This document shows, one piece after another, positions 1 through 9,217 of a stretch of 52,702 nt of DNA. How positions within the stretch are numbered: the first letter of the stretch is position 1; every line of letters begins with the position of its first letter. The position numbers and the translations under genes were made by a program. Where the stretch lies: positions 1 to 52,702 of the forward strand of contig JBDRBC010000437.1 in the NCBI GenBank assembly GCA_043823125.1, in the 5' to 3' direction. The notes under the pieces were generated by a model that was not told where the DNA came from, made no database searches, and worked only from the letters and a program-made list of their open reading frames with translations. This stretch comes from a bacterium. Its GTDB lineage: Bacteria; Krumholzibacteriota; Krumholzibacteriia; LZORAL124-64-63.

Positions 1-1011
1 CAGCCCCGTCAATCTTGCCATCGCCTCCGTTGTGTCCGCGCTGTACCCGGCGGCGCGGCGTTGGCCGTGAACCCAGAAGCGCTGAAACGTGTAACTTGCA
101 GGCGGTGTGCTGTACGACTTGAAAAACGCCGTGAGTTGTGGCCCCTTGGCCAGGGTGGCGGCGCCGAGGCCCGCCCGGGCTTCAAGCGCAAATCCGGCGT
201 CCTCTATCTCCTGGTCCAGAACCCACGCTTCGCCGAGTCCCCCCAGCCAGCACGCCAGCTTATCGTTCCCGGTTTTAGGTGGAATGGCGGGGAGCTGCCG
301 CTGACGCCGCTGGGCCACCCAGATGGCCCAGGCCGAGCGAGAATCGAACGATCCTAGTTCGAACATCTCCGGCCAGATGGGTTCGTCGGTCCTGGGTTTG
401 GTGGCCGCCTGCTGCTCCTGCAGCTGCCGCAACCGCAGTGACCAGACGAAGATCTCCTCATCCGATAGATCGAGTTCTGCGGCATGGTCCAACATGCTCG
501 CAATTGCGGAAACCGACTGAAGGTATCTGGCATGTTCGTAACATGTAACGGCATATGCCTGACAGTAATCATGAAAGAACAGATGGTTTCCGGCAAGTGG
601 TGGCAACGTATCCGGGCCCACCACCTCGAGCTGGAGGATCCGCGCCAGACCGTTCTCCACTCCGGTTCGCCAGGTATTCCGTTCCGTTTCCGAACCGAGG
701 GCTGGCCAGACGATAAGCCGGGTCAACAGCTGATGGTTCTCACTGCTGTCCAGGGCGGCGAGATACCGCGCCACCCCGAGCCGCCAGGTGGAATCGGCCT
801 GCAACGGCTGAAAAAGATCGGCGGGCCACCCCCCCTCCAGGGTGATATCGTCCGGAGCGCGATAGTCCCCGACCCGGAACCGTTCCAGAAACGGGTCGAA
901 CGAGGGACCGGCGACGACATCCGGCCCGGCAAGCAGACAGAAAAGGGAACCGGTCAGGCAGAGCAGCGGCAGCAGACCGGCCGTTGAGCGCGGCCACTTG
1001 TTTCTGGTCAC
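1..1011 (-). CDS. Exported hypothetical protein, N-terminal 337 codons (runs off window start)
   Basis: Manually translated open frame absent from the ORF track. Its GTG at 1011 overlaps the upstream TGA (GTGA coupling). It begins MTRNKWPRSTAGLLPLLCLTGSLFCLLAG (signal-peptide-like) and has no stop down to base 1. Confidence 0.8.
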   Translation of the reverse strand, partial: MTRNKWPRSTAGLLPLLCLTGSLFCLLAGPDVVAGPSFDPFLERFRVGDYRAPDDITLEGGWPADLFQPLQADSTWRLGVARYLAALDSSENHQLLTRLIVWPALGSETERNTWRTGVENGLARILQLEVVGPDTLPPLAGNHLFFHDYCQAYAVTCYEHARYLQSVSAIASMLDHAAELDLSDEEIFVWSLRLRQLQEQQAATKPRTDEPIWPEMFELGSFDSRSAWAIWVAQRRQRQLPAIPPKTGNDKLACWLGGLGEAWVLDQEIEDAGFALEARAGLGAATLAKGPQLTAFFKSYSTPPASYTFQRFWVHGQRRAAGYSADTTEAMARLTGL

Positions 1012-3956
1012 GGCAGAAAAACCACCTTCCGGCTGGCGGTGCGTCCCGCCGCCTCCATGCGAAAGAGATACACACCGGCCGCCACTCGCCGTCTGGCGCC
1101 GTCGCGACCGTCCCAGACCAGGAGCTGGTTGCCGCCGGCGATTTGCCAGCGACGCAGCAGGCGACCACGCGGATCGAACAGCAGCAGACGGCCGTTCTTG
1201 CCCCGCGGCACCTCCAGTAACAGATGCACTTCCGAGTGAGCAGGATTGGGGTACGGTTCCGCCAGCAACAGGGACGGCTTGGCCCCACCGTCACGATAAT
1301 ATGCCACCGGCCGCGAGGCGACGCGACCGTATGGGACCGCGGCCAGTACCCTGAACAAGGTTCGACTGCTCACGCTGCCTTCAAGAGACCCTTCGAAGGT
1401 CGAGAGCGGCACTCCCCAAGCGAATTCTCCGATGTCACCGCTCGGCTGTCCCGCCCAGATGGTGCGCCAGGAACTCCCCCCGTTTTCACTACTCTGAATG
1501 GCAAATTCCGTGGCGGTTTCCCCGAACCAGTTCCAGGCCAGATGGGGCGGGCCAATATCCTGGCGCGATAACCAGGCGATACTGAACGCGCTGGCATCCG
1601 GAAACGTCGCGAGGGGCTCGAGCCTGGCCAGCAGCCACCCGACACCGGTGGGGAAAATGGGGTCGCTGGCGAAACGGAGTCTCAGACGCACCGGCACGTT
1701 GCTGGCCGGTGTCGGCACCACGTCCACCCGCCAGGCGATCGGTCCGGACACCTGCAGGGAATCATCGCCCACGAAGGCCGGACGCCCGTGCAGATCAGAA
1801 CGGGTAGATGGGTCCACGATACCGTCGTACCCGTCCAGTGGATAGCCGCCGACAACCGACCCGTCAGGCAAAACGAACTCGACCAGACCGGCATCCCAGG
1901 CGACGCCCGGGCGCACTTGTTCACCGTCCATGGCGTGAACGATACGGACGGCTGCAGTGCCCGTCGGTAACGGCGCAGACTGCAAAACGGCGTCGGCGAA
2001 ATTATGATAGCTGACGTCGGGCCAGCTGGTACTGCTCGTGAATTCGACGCCGGTACAGATCAGGACCGGACTGCCATCAGCAGTGAGCGTCGGCTCGTCA
2101 GACCAGACCGTCCAGCTGGTCTCGAGATTGTCACCGGGATAGGTCTGCTCCCATGACTCGGGCCAACTGGTGGCGAAATCGAGGGCGTTTTCCTCGGCGC
2201 GCCAGATCCAGTTCCTAGCTGCCGTTTGTGACTGCCAGTCGCCGCTACGGCAGACGATGGTGAACCGGGTCTCGGCGCCCGGTATCACCCCCGGATTCAA
2301 CTGCCAGGTGCTGGTCTGCCCGGGTGTCCAGCTCCCGGAAGCGTCACGCTGCAGGTCCATCTCCCGTTCGAGGCCGCTGCCGGCGAACTCTCCCCAGGAC
2401 GGCGTCGAGACGGCAGTGACGGTGGCGGAAAGTGTTGGCAGCTGTAGCCCGGTCTCCCGCACCGCCAGCGTGAGTTGTGGTGGATCCGCGTCGGTGAAGC
2501 CGAATTCGATCTCAACGCCGAACGCAGTTGCATCCTGCAGCTCGAACGCCACACCCACCGGCAAGCTGGTGATGGCGGTGAGGGACACCTCGGTGATTTC
2601 CTGATAGCCCCAGCTGGCCGGGGAACTGGTCGGGGTCAGTTCAGCCACGCCGAGTGGACCGGGAAACTGATCCTCGGGTCGCCCCACATCCTGCCCCGTA
2701 CGCAAGCGGTCGTCCCCGTCCGCCTCCAGCAGTGCCACCCGCAGGTGTCGATCCTCAGGCGAGACGCTGGACGCCAAACCCTCAGGCAGCGTTTCGTCCA
2801 CGTGATACACGAGAAGCTGGCCGGGTGGGATGTCGGCGTCGAACGGTGCGGCGTCGGGATCACCCCGGGTCTCCAGCAGGAAGTACTCCGCTTCCGTTCG
2901 GCCGTGACTCCAGATCCGCCAGGTCTCACCGGTAGTCAGTCCCGGAGACAAGGTGTCCACCCCGGCTGGATTGCCCCGCTTGTTCACCACGGAATACCAG
3001 CCGAGCTGGGCGGCACTGTAGGCGTCCAGCAGGGCGGCGCCGTGTCCCTCCCCACTGCCCCAGGCGCCGGCGGACATGAGACTGAATCGGCCGAGCCCCC
3101 CCCGCGACCGGGGATCATCCAATCCCACCGCCAGGTCGGGATCGTAGCGATCTTCCAGCCCGATCAGATGGGCCACTTCATGGGCCCAGATTCCGACGCC
3201 ACTTTGCATGCTGGCCACGGCGTAGAGACTGGCCGCCACGCCCCGATCCATCACCGGTTGTTCCAGGAAATACTGCAGCGCGATGATCTGGCCGTTCACG
3301 AGGTCGTTTTCGGTCCCGATTCCGGCGTGGAGCAACAACACTCCATCCACCTGGCCGTCATCATCGTCGCTGCCGGGCAAACGATCGGGGCCTTCCATGT
3401 CGAGCAAGCGGAAATCGAGGCCGCTGGCCGCCACCAGTTGCAACGCCTCCGCCGCCAGAAGACGCGACCTCGGCACGGTTGCGTAGTCGGCGCGGTTCCC
3501 TGCCAGGTGCACCGGCGGGGTCAGGAAAAGGCTCAGTTCCAGATGGTTGCGAGAGGCGAGACGATAGTAGTTGGCCAGCGATTCGCCCGTCAGCGGAAAC
3601 AGCCGGCTGCCGAGATCACGATTCTGCTCCCAGTTCACCGGCAGCCGGAGATCGGCGAAATCGACCGGAATCACGAGCAGCCCGAAACGGGTGGGCAGAG
3701 AATCCGCGACGGCCTGCGCGGCAGCGCGGCGCATGACCGAGCGACGATCGGCCCTGAGTTCATGGAGACGACTCGAGGGGTCACTGTCGGCCGGGAGCGG
3801 CCAGTGCAGAATCAGTAAAATCATCAGGAGTGGAAACAACCACCAGTGACGCACAGGCACCGGTTGCGATCTGCTCCCCACTCTCGCGACCGCGACCCGG
3901 TGTGGAGACAGATGCCCGCCGCGTCGAAAGACCGTATACAACAGCCTGCGTGTCAT
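1008..3956 (-). CDS. M6 family (immune inhibitor A-like) metalloprotease with C-terminal FlgD-Ig/T9SS-type sorting domain
   Basis: Motifs PVDFAD, DGQVDGVLLLHAG, HEVAHLIGLEDRYD (HExxH), FSLMSAGAW, EYFLLETR and LLVYHVDE. C-terminus PYPNP...LFDPRGRLLR...VWDGRD...AGVYLFRM...SRKVVFLP. Start uncertain (ORF open to 4067). Confidence 0.9.
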   Translation of the reverse strand: MTRRLLYTVFRRGGHLSPHRVAVARVGSRSQPVPVRHWWLFPLLMILLILHWPLPADSDPSSRLHELRADRRSVMRRAAAQAVADSLPTRFGLLVIPVDFADLRLPVNWEQNRDLGSRLFPLTGESLANYYRLASRNHLELSLFLTPPVHLAGNRADYATVPRSRLLAAEALQLVAASGLDFRLLDMEGPDRLPGSDDDDGQVDGVLLLHAGIGTENDLVNGQIIALQYFLEQPVMDRGVAASLYAVASMQSGVGIWAHEVAHLIGLEDRYDPDLAVGLDDPRSRGGLGRFSLMSAGAWGSGEGHGAALLDAYSAAQLGWYSVVNKRGNPAGVDTLSPGLTTGETWRIWSHGRTEAEYFLLETRGDPDAAPFDADIPPGQLLVYHVDETLPEGLASSVSPEDRHLRVALLEADGDDRLRTGQDVGRPEDQFPGPLGVAELTPTSSPASWGYQEITEVSLTAITSLPVGVAFELQDATAFGVEIEFGFTDADPPQLTLAVRETGLQLPTLSATVTAVSTPSWGEFAGSGLEREMDLQRDASGSWTPGQTSTWQLNPGVIPGAETRFTIVCRSGDWQSQTAARNWIWRAEENALDFATSWPESWEQTYPGDNLETSWTVWSDEPTLTADGSPVLICTGVEFTSSTSWPDVSYHNFADAVLQSAPLPTGTAAVRIVHAMDGEQVRPGVAWDAGLVEFVLPDGSVVGGYPLDGYDGIVDPSTRSDLHGRPAFVGDDSLQVSGPIAWRVDVVPTPASNVPVRLRLRFASDPIFPTGVGWLLARLEPLATFPDASAFSIAWLSRQDIGPPHLAWNWFGETATEFAIQSSENGGSSWRTIWAGQPSGDIGEFAWGVPLSTFEGSLEGSVSSRTLFRVLAAVPYGRVASRPVAYYRDGGAKPSLLLAEPYPNPAHSEVHLLLEVPRGKNGRLLLFDPRGRLLRRWQIAGGNQLLVWDGRDGARRRVAAGVYLFRMEAAGRTASRKVVFLP

Positions 3957-4120
3957 GGACAACACCTGGAGCTGGGTGACCATCCCGGCGGGATCGTGGT
4001 ATGCCGTAGGGGCGGCAAGATCATCAACCTCAAGATACACACGCCGCCGGGTGGCTGGCGAGTCCAAAATCGAGCCCCCTTGAAACCACGTGCCAGGGCC
4101 GCGCGCTCCGGACCGTGGAC

Positions 4121-5674
4121 TCAGTGCCGGAAATGCCGGCGATCACAGAAGACCAGGGTGACACCCAGCTCCTGGGCACGCGCCGCCACCTCGTCGTCCC
4201 GGATGGAGCCGGCTGGGGAGATGACGGCCCGAATCCCCGCGCCATGAAACAGCTCGATGCTGTCGGGGAACGGAAAAAAGCCATCGGACGCCGCCACAAC
4301 TCCGTTCAGATCGATCCCCTGCTCGCCCGCCTTGTGGATGGCCAGCCGTGCCGAATCCACCCGGCTCATCTGGCCCGCACCCACACCCAGAGTGCACTCC
4401 GCATCGGCCAGGACGATGGCGTTGCTCTTGACGTGTTTACACACCTTCCAGGCGAGGGTCAGGGCGCGGGTCAGTGCCGCATCCGGTTCTGGACCGGCAA
4501 CCACCCGCCAGTTCTTCAGCTCCGGGAACCCGGCGTCCTCGTCCTGATGCAGGACCACCCGACCGAACGCCCGACTCTGTCCGTCGGTAGCCGCCAGGAA
4601 TTTGCCCCGGTCGAAAGTCAACAGTCGCACGTTCTTTTTCTTGCGCAGGATCTTCAGAGCATCCTCGGCGATGGCCGGCGCGGCGATGATTTCCAGGAAC
4701 CGCTTGCGTAAACCTTCAGCGGTCTCGAGGTCGAGTGGTGCGTTGAAGACGAAAACACCGCCAAAGGCGGAGACCGGATCACAACGCAAGGCACGCTCGA
4801 GCGCCACCGACGGTTCCCCCAGACCGAAGCCGCACGGATTAGTGTGCTTGATCACCGCACATCCCGGGCTGGTAAAATCGAGGGCGAGCTTCAGAGCCGC
4901 GATGAGGTCCACCAGATTATTGTATGAAAGCGGTTTCCCACCATGGAGTCTCAGGCCACACGTTTCGAGTTCCTCCTGCCCCTGGGCCGGCGCGGGCAGT
5001 TCCAGCCGCGCCGCCTGGTGTGGATTCTCCCCGTAGCGGAGCGGGATCGCCAGACTGCCTTCCTGATCACCCGGGGCCGCGGTGTTGAACCACGCCGCGA
5101 TGGCCCGGTCGTATTCCGTGACCTGCTCGAAAACCGCACCGGCCAGCCGCCGGCGAAAGTCGAGGCTGGTGTCACCGCCATTCGCTGCCAGCTCACGGAT
5201 GCACTCGGGATACCAGGCGGGATCCGGCAACACGGCGACTCGCTGAAAGTTCTTGGCTGCCGCGCGGAGCAAGGTCGGTCCGCCGATGTCGATCTTCTCC
5301 ACGATTTCCGCGCTGTCACCGCCAGCCGCCACCGCGGCCACGAACTGGTACAGGTTCACACAGACCAGATCGATGGGCTGGATACCGAGTTCCGCCACCT
5401 CGGCGAAGTCCTGCTCTTGTGGCCCGAGGATTCCTCCGTGAATCACCGGGTGCAAGGTCTTGACCCGCCCGCCGAAAATGGCCGGGTAGCCGGTCAGATC
5501 GCTCACCGCGGTGACGTCGAAATCGTGTTTTCTCAGGAACGCCGCCGTCCCTCCGGAGGCGAGCAGATCGTACTGGTGATCACGCAACGACGCGGCCAGC
5601 TCGGCCAGGCCGCTCTTGTCCGTCACGCTGAGCAGCGCCCGGCGCCGGCGATTCACGGGAGATAGGTCTGCCAT
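4121..5674 (-). CDS. purH: Bifunctional AICAR transformylase/IMP cyclohydrolase
   Basis: Motifs RALLSVTDK, GGRVKTLHP, IDIGGPTLLRAAAKN, LRYGENPHQ, KHTNPCG, GAGQMSRVDS and RHFRH. Confidence 0.98.
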   Translation of the reverse strand: MADLSPVNRRRRALLSVTDKSGLAELAASLRDHQYDLLASGGTAAFLRKHDFDVTAVSDLTGYPAIFGGRVKTLHPVIHGGILGPQEQDFAEVAELGIQPIDLVCVNLYQFVAAVAAGGDSAEIVEKIDIGGPTLLRAAAKNFQRVAVLPDPAWYPECIRELAANGGDTSLDFRRRLAGAVFEQVTEYDRAIAAWFNTAAPGDQEGSLAIPLRYGENPHQAARLELPAPAQGQEELETCGLRLHGGKPLSYNNLVDLIAALKLALDFTSPGCAVIKHTNPCGFGLGEPSVALERALRCDPVSAFGGVFVFNAPLDLETAEGLRKRFLEIIAAPAIAEDALKILRKKKNVRLLTFDRGKFLAATDGQSRAFGRVVLHQDEDAGFPELKNWRVVAGPEPDAALTRALTLAWKVCKHVKSNAIVLADAECTLGVGAGQMSRVDSARLAIHKAGEQGIDLNGVVAASDGFFPFPDSIELFHGAGIRAVISPAGSIRDDEVAARAQELGVTLVFCDRRHFRH

Positions 5675-6558
5675 TGGGCGGCCTCCGCGGGGAAAAGGAT
5701 AGCCAGAACTTCACGGTACCGTGATGCGGTTCGCTTGAGGATCTCCGTATCCAGTTCCGGTGGGGGCGGTTCCTGGTTCCAGTCGAGAGTATCGAGATGA
5801 TTACGCAGGATCTGCTTGTCCCAGCTCGGCGGATCTTCGCCCAGCCGGTGTTCGGCCGCCGGCCAGAACCGGCTGGAGTCCGGAGTGAGCACCTCGTCGA
5901 TGAGGGCCACCTGGCCATCGATGATGCCGAACTCGAACTTGGTGTCGGCCAGCAAGACGCCGCGCGGTGCGGTGAAAGCCAGTCCCTCGCTGTAGAGCCG
6001 TAAACTCAGCTCTTGCAAGCGAGCCGCTGAATCCTCACCGATGATCCGCACCACCTCGCTGTACGGGATGTTTTCGTCGTGCCCTTCCTCGGCCTTGGTG
6101 GACGGCGTAAAAAGCGGCTCGGCCAGTTGCTGTGAGCGTTGCAGACCCGCGGGCAGCTCGATGCCGCAGATGGTGCCGTCTTGCTGATATGATCGCCAAC
6201 CCGAGCCGGTGAGGTACCCCCGGACCACACACTCCACGGGAAAACGTTCGGCCTTGCGGACCAGCACGCTGCGTCCGCCCAGTTGGTCGGGGTACCGATC
6301 GAACGGCGCCGGGAATTCCGCGGGGTTGGCGGTCAGGAGATGGTTCGGCACGTCGGCGAACCGATTCAACCAGGCGAGGGTCATGACCGACAAGACGACG
6401 CCGCGCCCCGGGACGACATCATTCATGATGACATCGTAAGCGGAAATCCGATCCGTACTGACGATGAACAGCTCACTGCCCAGATCGAAGATATCCCGTA
6501 CCTTACCGGTGTAGTCCGGCTTCAGTCCCAGCTCGGTGGTACAACGCAGCGGCTCCAT
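5653..6558 (-). CDS. purC: SAICAR synthetase
   Basis: Motifs GKVRDIF, TDRISAYD, PVECVVRGYLTGSGW, ADTKFEFG and DEVLTPDSSRFW. The ATG at 6558 follows an AAGGAG RBS. Confidence 0.97.
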   Translation of the reverse strand: MEPLRCTTELGLKPDYTGKVRDIFDLGSELFIVSTDRISAYDVIMNDVVPGRGVVLSVMTLAWLNRFADVPNHLLTANPAEFPAPFDRYPDQLGGRSVLVRKAERFPVECVVRGYLTGSGWRSYQQDGTICGIELPAGLQRSQQLAEPLFTPSTKAEEGHDENIPYSEVVRIIGEDSAARLQELSLRLYSEGLAFTAPRGVLLADTKFEFGIIDGQVALIDEVLTPDSSRFWPAAEHRLGEDPPSWDKQILRNHLDTLDWNQEPPPPELDTEILKRTASRYREVLAILFPAEAAQWQTYLP

Positions 6559-6625
6559 GACTCTCCTTTGCTTGATCGTGCCGGTTCGGCGGTGGGAACA
6601 CCTTCCACGGACCATTGTCGGCGGC

Positions 6626-6655
6626 ATGTTAGGCGGGGGGGTGGATAGGTGTCAA
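6626..6655 (-). promoter_or_regulatory. Sigma70-type promoter of purC-purH
   Basis: TTGACA-N18-TAACAT on the minus strand, ~70 nt upstream of purC. Confidence 0.65.
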
Positions 6656-6722
6656 GCTTCCCGCCGTAACTGCCGACAGAACCGGTGACTGATCCTGTCG
6701 TGCGGCCTCACGGCGCCCGCGA

Positions 6723-9167
6723 TCACGGTGTCACGCGACCGTGTTTCCCCCGCCCGCAGGACCACGCCAACCGCCCATCGGTTTCCCAGGTCAGGCGAAC
6801 ACTTCCGTCCAGGTCCGTCCGGATGATGGGCACGGTATCTCCCGAAGCCAGATAGGGACCGTGGCTCGGGTGGTCGTGCCGATTTTCCACTCCGCAACTC
6901 ACCAGAACCAACCGCGGACGGCTCCAGGCCAGGAATGGTTCACCACCGGAGGTGCTGCTGCCGTGATGACCGGCTTTCCAGACCTGCAGTCTGTTCTCGA
7001 GATGGGGAGGTGATCCGGCAAGCAGGGCGGCTTCACCTGCCAGTTCCAGGTCCCCGCCCCACAAGCCGACGACCCGTTCCCCTCGTTGCAACGCCAGGAC
7101 CACGGAACGATCGTTTTCCGTTTCGCTCGACTCGCTGTCAGTCGGGGCATGGAGGCACAGCAGCACCCACTCCCCACTTCGATGCACTTGTTGGCCGACA
7201 ACCGGTTGCCGAATGTCCGCCTCGGGAAACCGCGCCGCGAAATGTTGCCAGGTCCCGCCGCCCAACCACCAGGAGCCCACCGAAATCGATGACAGCAGAT
7301 CGTCCAGACCGCCGATATGATCGGCATGATCGTGGGTCAGGACCACCCCGTCCAGATGCCGGATCCCGTGCCGTCGCAACCACGGGAGCACACTCCAGGT
7401 CACTGCGGAACCTCCCGTCCAGCCCGGACCCAGATCGATCAGCAACCGTGACTGATCAGGAAAGTGCAACAGAGCACAATCCCCCTGCCCCACATCGAAT
7501 TGATACACCAGCATCCGCCCGGATCGGCCGTCGCGTCCCAGCGGTAGGAGCAGCACCAGCCCGGCCAGCAGGCAACCCAGCAGTCCACGTCTTCGCCAGT
7601 GCGTCACCACGTCGTTTGACCGCCACCGATGCAACAGCCTCAGAAGACATCCCGACAGCACCACGAATCCGAGCAGTCGCCACGGGCCGAGCGGGGCGAT
7701 ACCCAGCGTGGGAATTGTCCGGGCCACCTGTCCGGCCCCGACACCCAGGCACCGGAGCAAGAGCCAGCAGTTGGCCAGCAGCGCCTCCCCGAGCCACGGC
7801 CAGGCGATTCCGGCCACCAGTCCGAGGACTGCGAACCACACACTCAGGGCGAATGCTGGGACCGCCACCAGATTCGCCAGGGAAGCGCCCGGATGGAGCC
7901 AGCCGAATGAACCGATGATTTCCGGCAAAGTGAACCACTGGGCGCTCAGAGTCACCAGGAGTGCCGTCAGGAGCCAGCGCCACCAGCCCGGTTTGGTCGG
8001 CAAGAGCGGTTGGGTGAGCCGGTTGACGGCGACGATGCCGCCCGCGGCGAGATACGACAACCGGCACCCGGTATCGAGGATGCTCCAGGGCGCTAGCTGG
8101 AGATTGATCCAGAACAGGACACCCAGGGCCGTCAACGGCTGGCACCGTCGACCGAAATACGGCGCGGCCAGGATCAGGGTGGCCAGACTGGCGGCACGCA
8201 GCACCGAACCCGACATGCCGGTCAGTATCACGTACCCCGGTAAAAAAAGCAGTACCGGCAGGAGTCGCCAGCCAGGGCCCAGGGTTAGCCGACGAGTTAG
8301 CAGGGCCAGGATCCCCAGCAGGATGCCCACGTGTAATCCACTCACCGCGAACAGATGGGCCAGGCCGAGTTGCGTGAACGGTTGGCGGGCGCGGTTTCCG
8401 ATTTCGTCCCGCTGGCCCAGCAGGATCGCGCCCACCAAGCTGGATTCCGGAGACGGCATCCCCGCTCGCAACTCGGTGAAAATCCGCTCCCTGAGCGGCT
8501 GGAGCAGGTGTCGCGCTCCCCAGCGCAACGGATCGAAAGCTGGCCCACCGGATAAGGGCGCCGCTAGCGGCGAATAGTCCGTCATCTTGCCTAGCCAGAG
8601 CAGATTGCGCCCCGCCAGATACCGTGCGTAATCAAAACCACCCGGTATGGTGGCGCCGGCAGGGGCGGTGGCTGCGACCGACCCGGCCACCAGGGACCAT
8701 AAAACGGGAGGCGGCCCTTTCCCCTTGAGCAAGATGCCGTCCCCCACTCGTGGCGCCACCACCGCCCCCGTTTCCGTGCAGGGTCCCAAGGCGACGATCA
8801 CCGCCGCACAGGTCCAGCCTTCGCTACGGTGCTGGGGCCAGGCAGAAAAACGCACTGTCGCTCGTCCCTGCCAACCACACCGCCGGCTCGGTTCCCAGGC
8901 CGCGGCCGCCTGGGCGTGGATCCGACTCTGCCGCGCCACGCACTCTTGACGTCCCACCCAGACCGCGCCAACCGCAGTCACGCCCCAGACGGCGAGCACC
9001 GCCACGGGATGGTTCGCTCCGGCCAGCAGCAACGGCAGCAGGATCGCACCGCGTTGCAGATTCGGCGACGGTGGCCGGCGCGGTTCCCCCACCCCGGCGG
9101 GCCATTTCCCGGCGCTCCAGCCACCCGCACTGAATGCCAGGAGATACAGGCAAACCCATACCAGCAT
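6723..9167 (-). CDS. comEC: DNA internalization competence protein ComEC/Rec2
   Basis: PGGFDYARYL, GLAHLFAVSGLHVG, multiple TM segments, and an MBL domain (DVGQGDC, THDHADHIGG, GHHGSSTS). Start approximate. Confidence 0.95.
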   Translation of the reverse strand: MLVWVCLYLLAFSAGGWSAGKWPAGVGEPRRPPSPNLQRGAILLPLLLAGANHPVAVLAVWGVTAVGAVWVGRQECVARQSRIHAQAAAAWEPSRRCGWQGRATVRFSAWPQHRSEGWTCAAVIVALGPCTETGAVVAPRVGDGILLKGKGPPPVLWSLVAGSVAATAPAGATIPGGFDYARYLAGRNLLWLGKMTDYSPLAAPLSGGPAFDPLRWGARHLLQPLRERIFTELRAGMPSPESSLVGAILLGQRDEIGNRARQPFTQLGLAHLFAVSGLHVGILLGILALLTRRLTLGPGWRLLPVLLFLPGYVILTGMSGSVLRAASLATLILAAPYFGRRCQPLTALGVLFWINLQLAPWSILDTGCRLSYLAAGGIVAVNRLTQPLLPTKPGWWRWLLTALLVTLSAQWFTLPEIIGSFGWLHPGASLANLVAVPAFALSVWFAVLGLVAGIAWPWLGEALLANCWLLLRCLGVGAGQVARTIPTLGIAPLGPWRLLGFVVLSGCLLRLLHRWRSNDVVTHWRRRGLLGCLLAGLVLLLPLGRDGRSGRMLVYQFDVGQGDCALLHFPDQSRLLIDLGPGWTGGSAVTWSVLPWLRRHGIRHLDGVVLTHDHADHIGGLDDLLSSISVGSWWLGGGTWQHFAARFPEADIRQPVVGQQVHRSGEWVLLCLHAPTDSESSETENDRSVVLALQRGERVVGLWGGDLELAGEAALLAGSPPHLENRLQVWKAGHHGSSTSGGEPFLAWSRPRLVLVSCGVENRHDHPSHGPYLASGDTVPIIRTDLDGSVRLTWETDGRLAWSCGRGKHGRVTP

Positions 9168-9217
9168 CCAGTGGCGCCGCCAACCCGTGCACAGTTGCGC
9201 GCCGCGGAAATATCCGA

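Noticed and set aside
6560-6625. ZTP or purine riboswitch upstream of purC-purH
   Set aside because: The leader is only ~60 nt and lacks the ZTP GACUGGCG/GCCUGGGC elements and a purine-aptamer fold.
6662-6715. Long imperfect hairpin after comEC as an ncRNA or REP element
   Set aside because: Single copy, no U-tract, and plausible by chance at this GC content.
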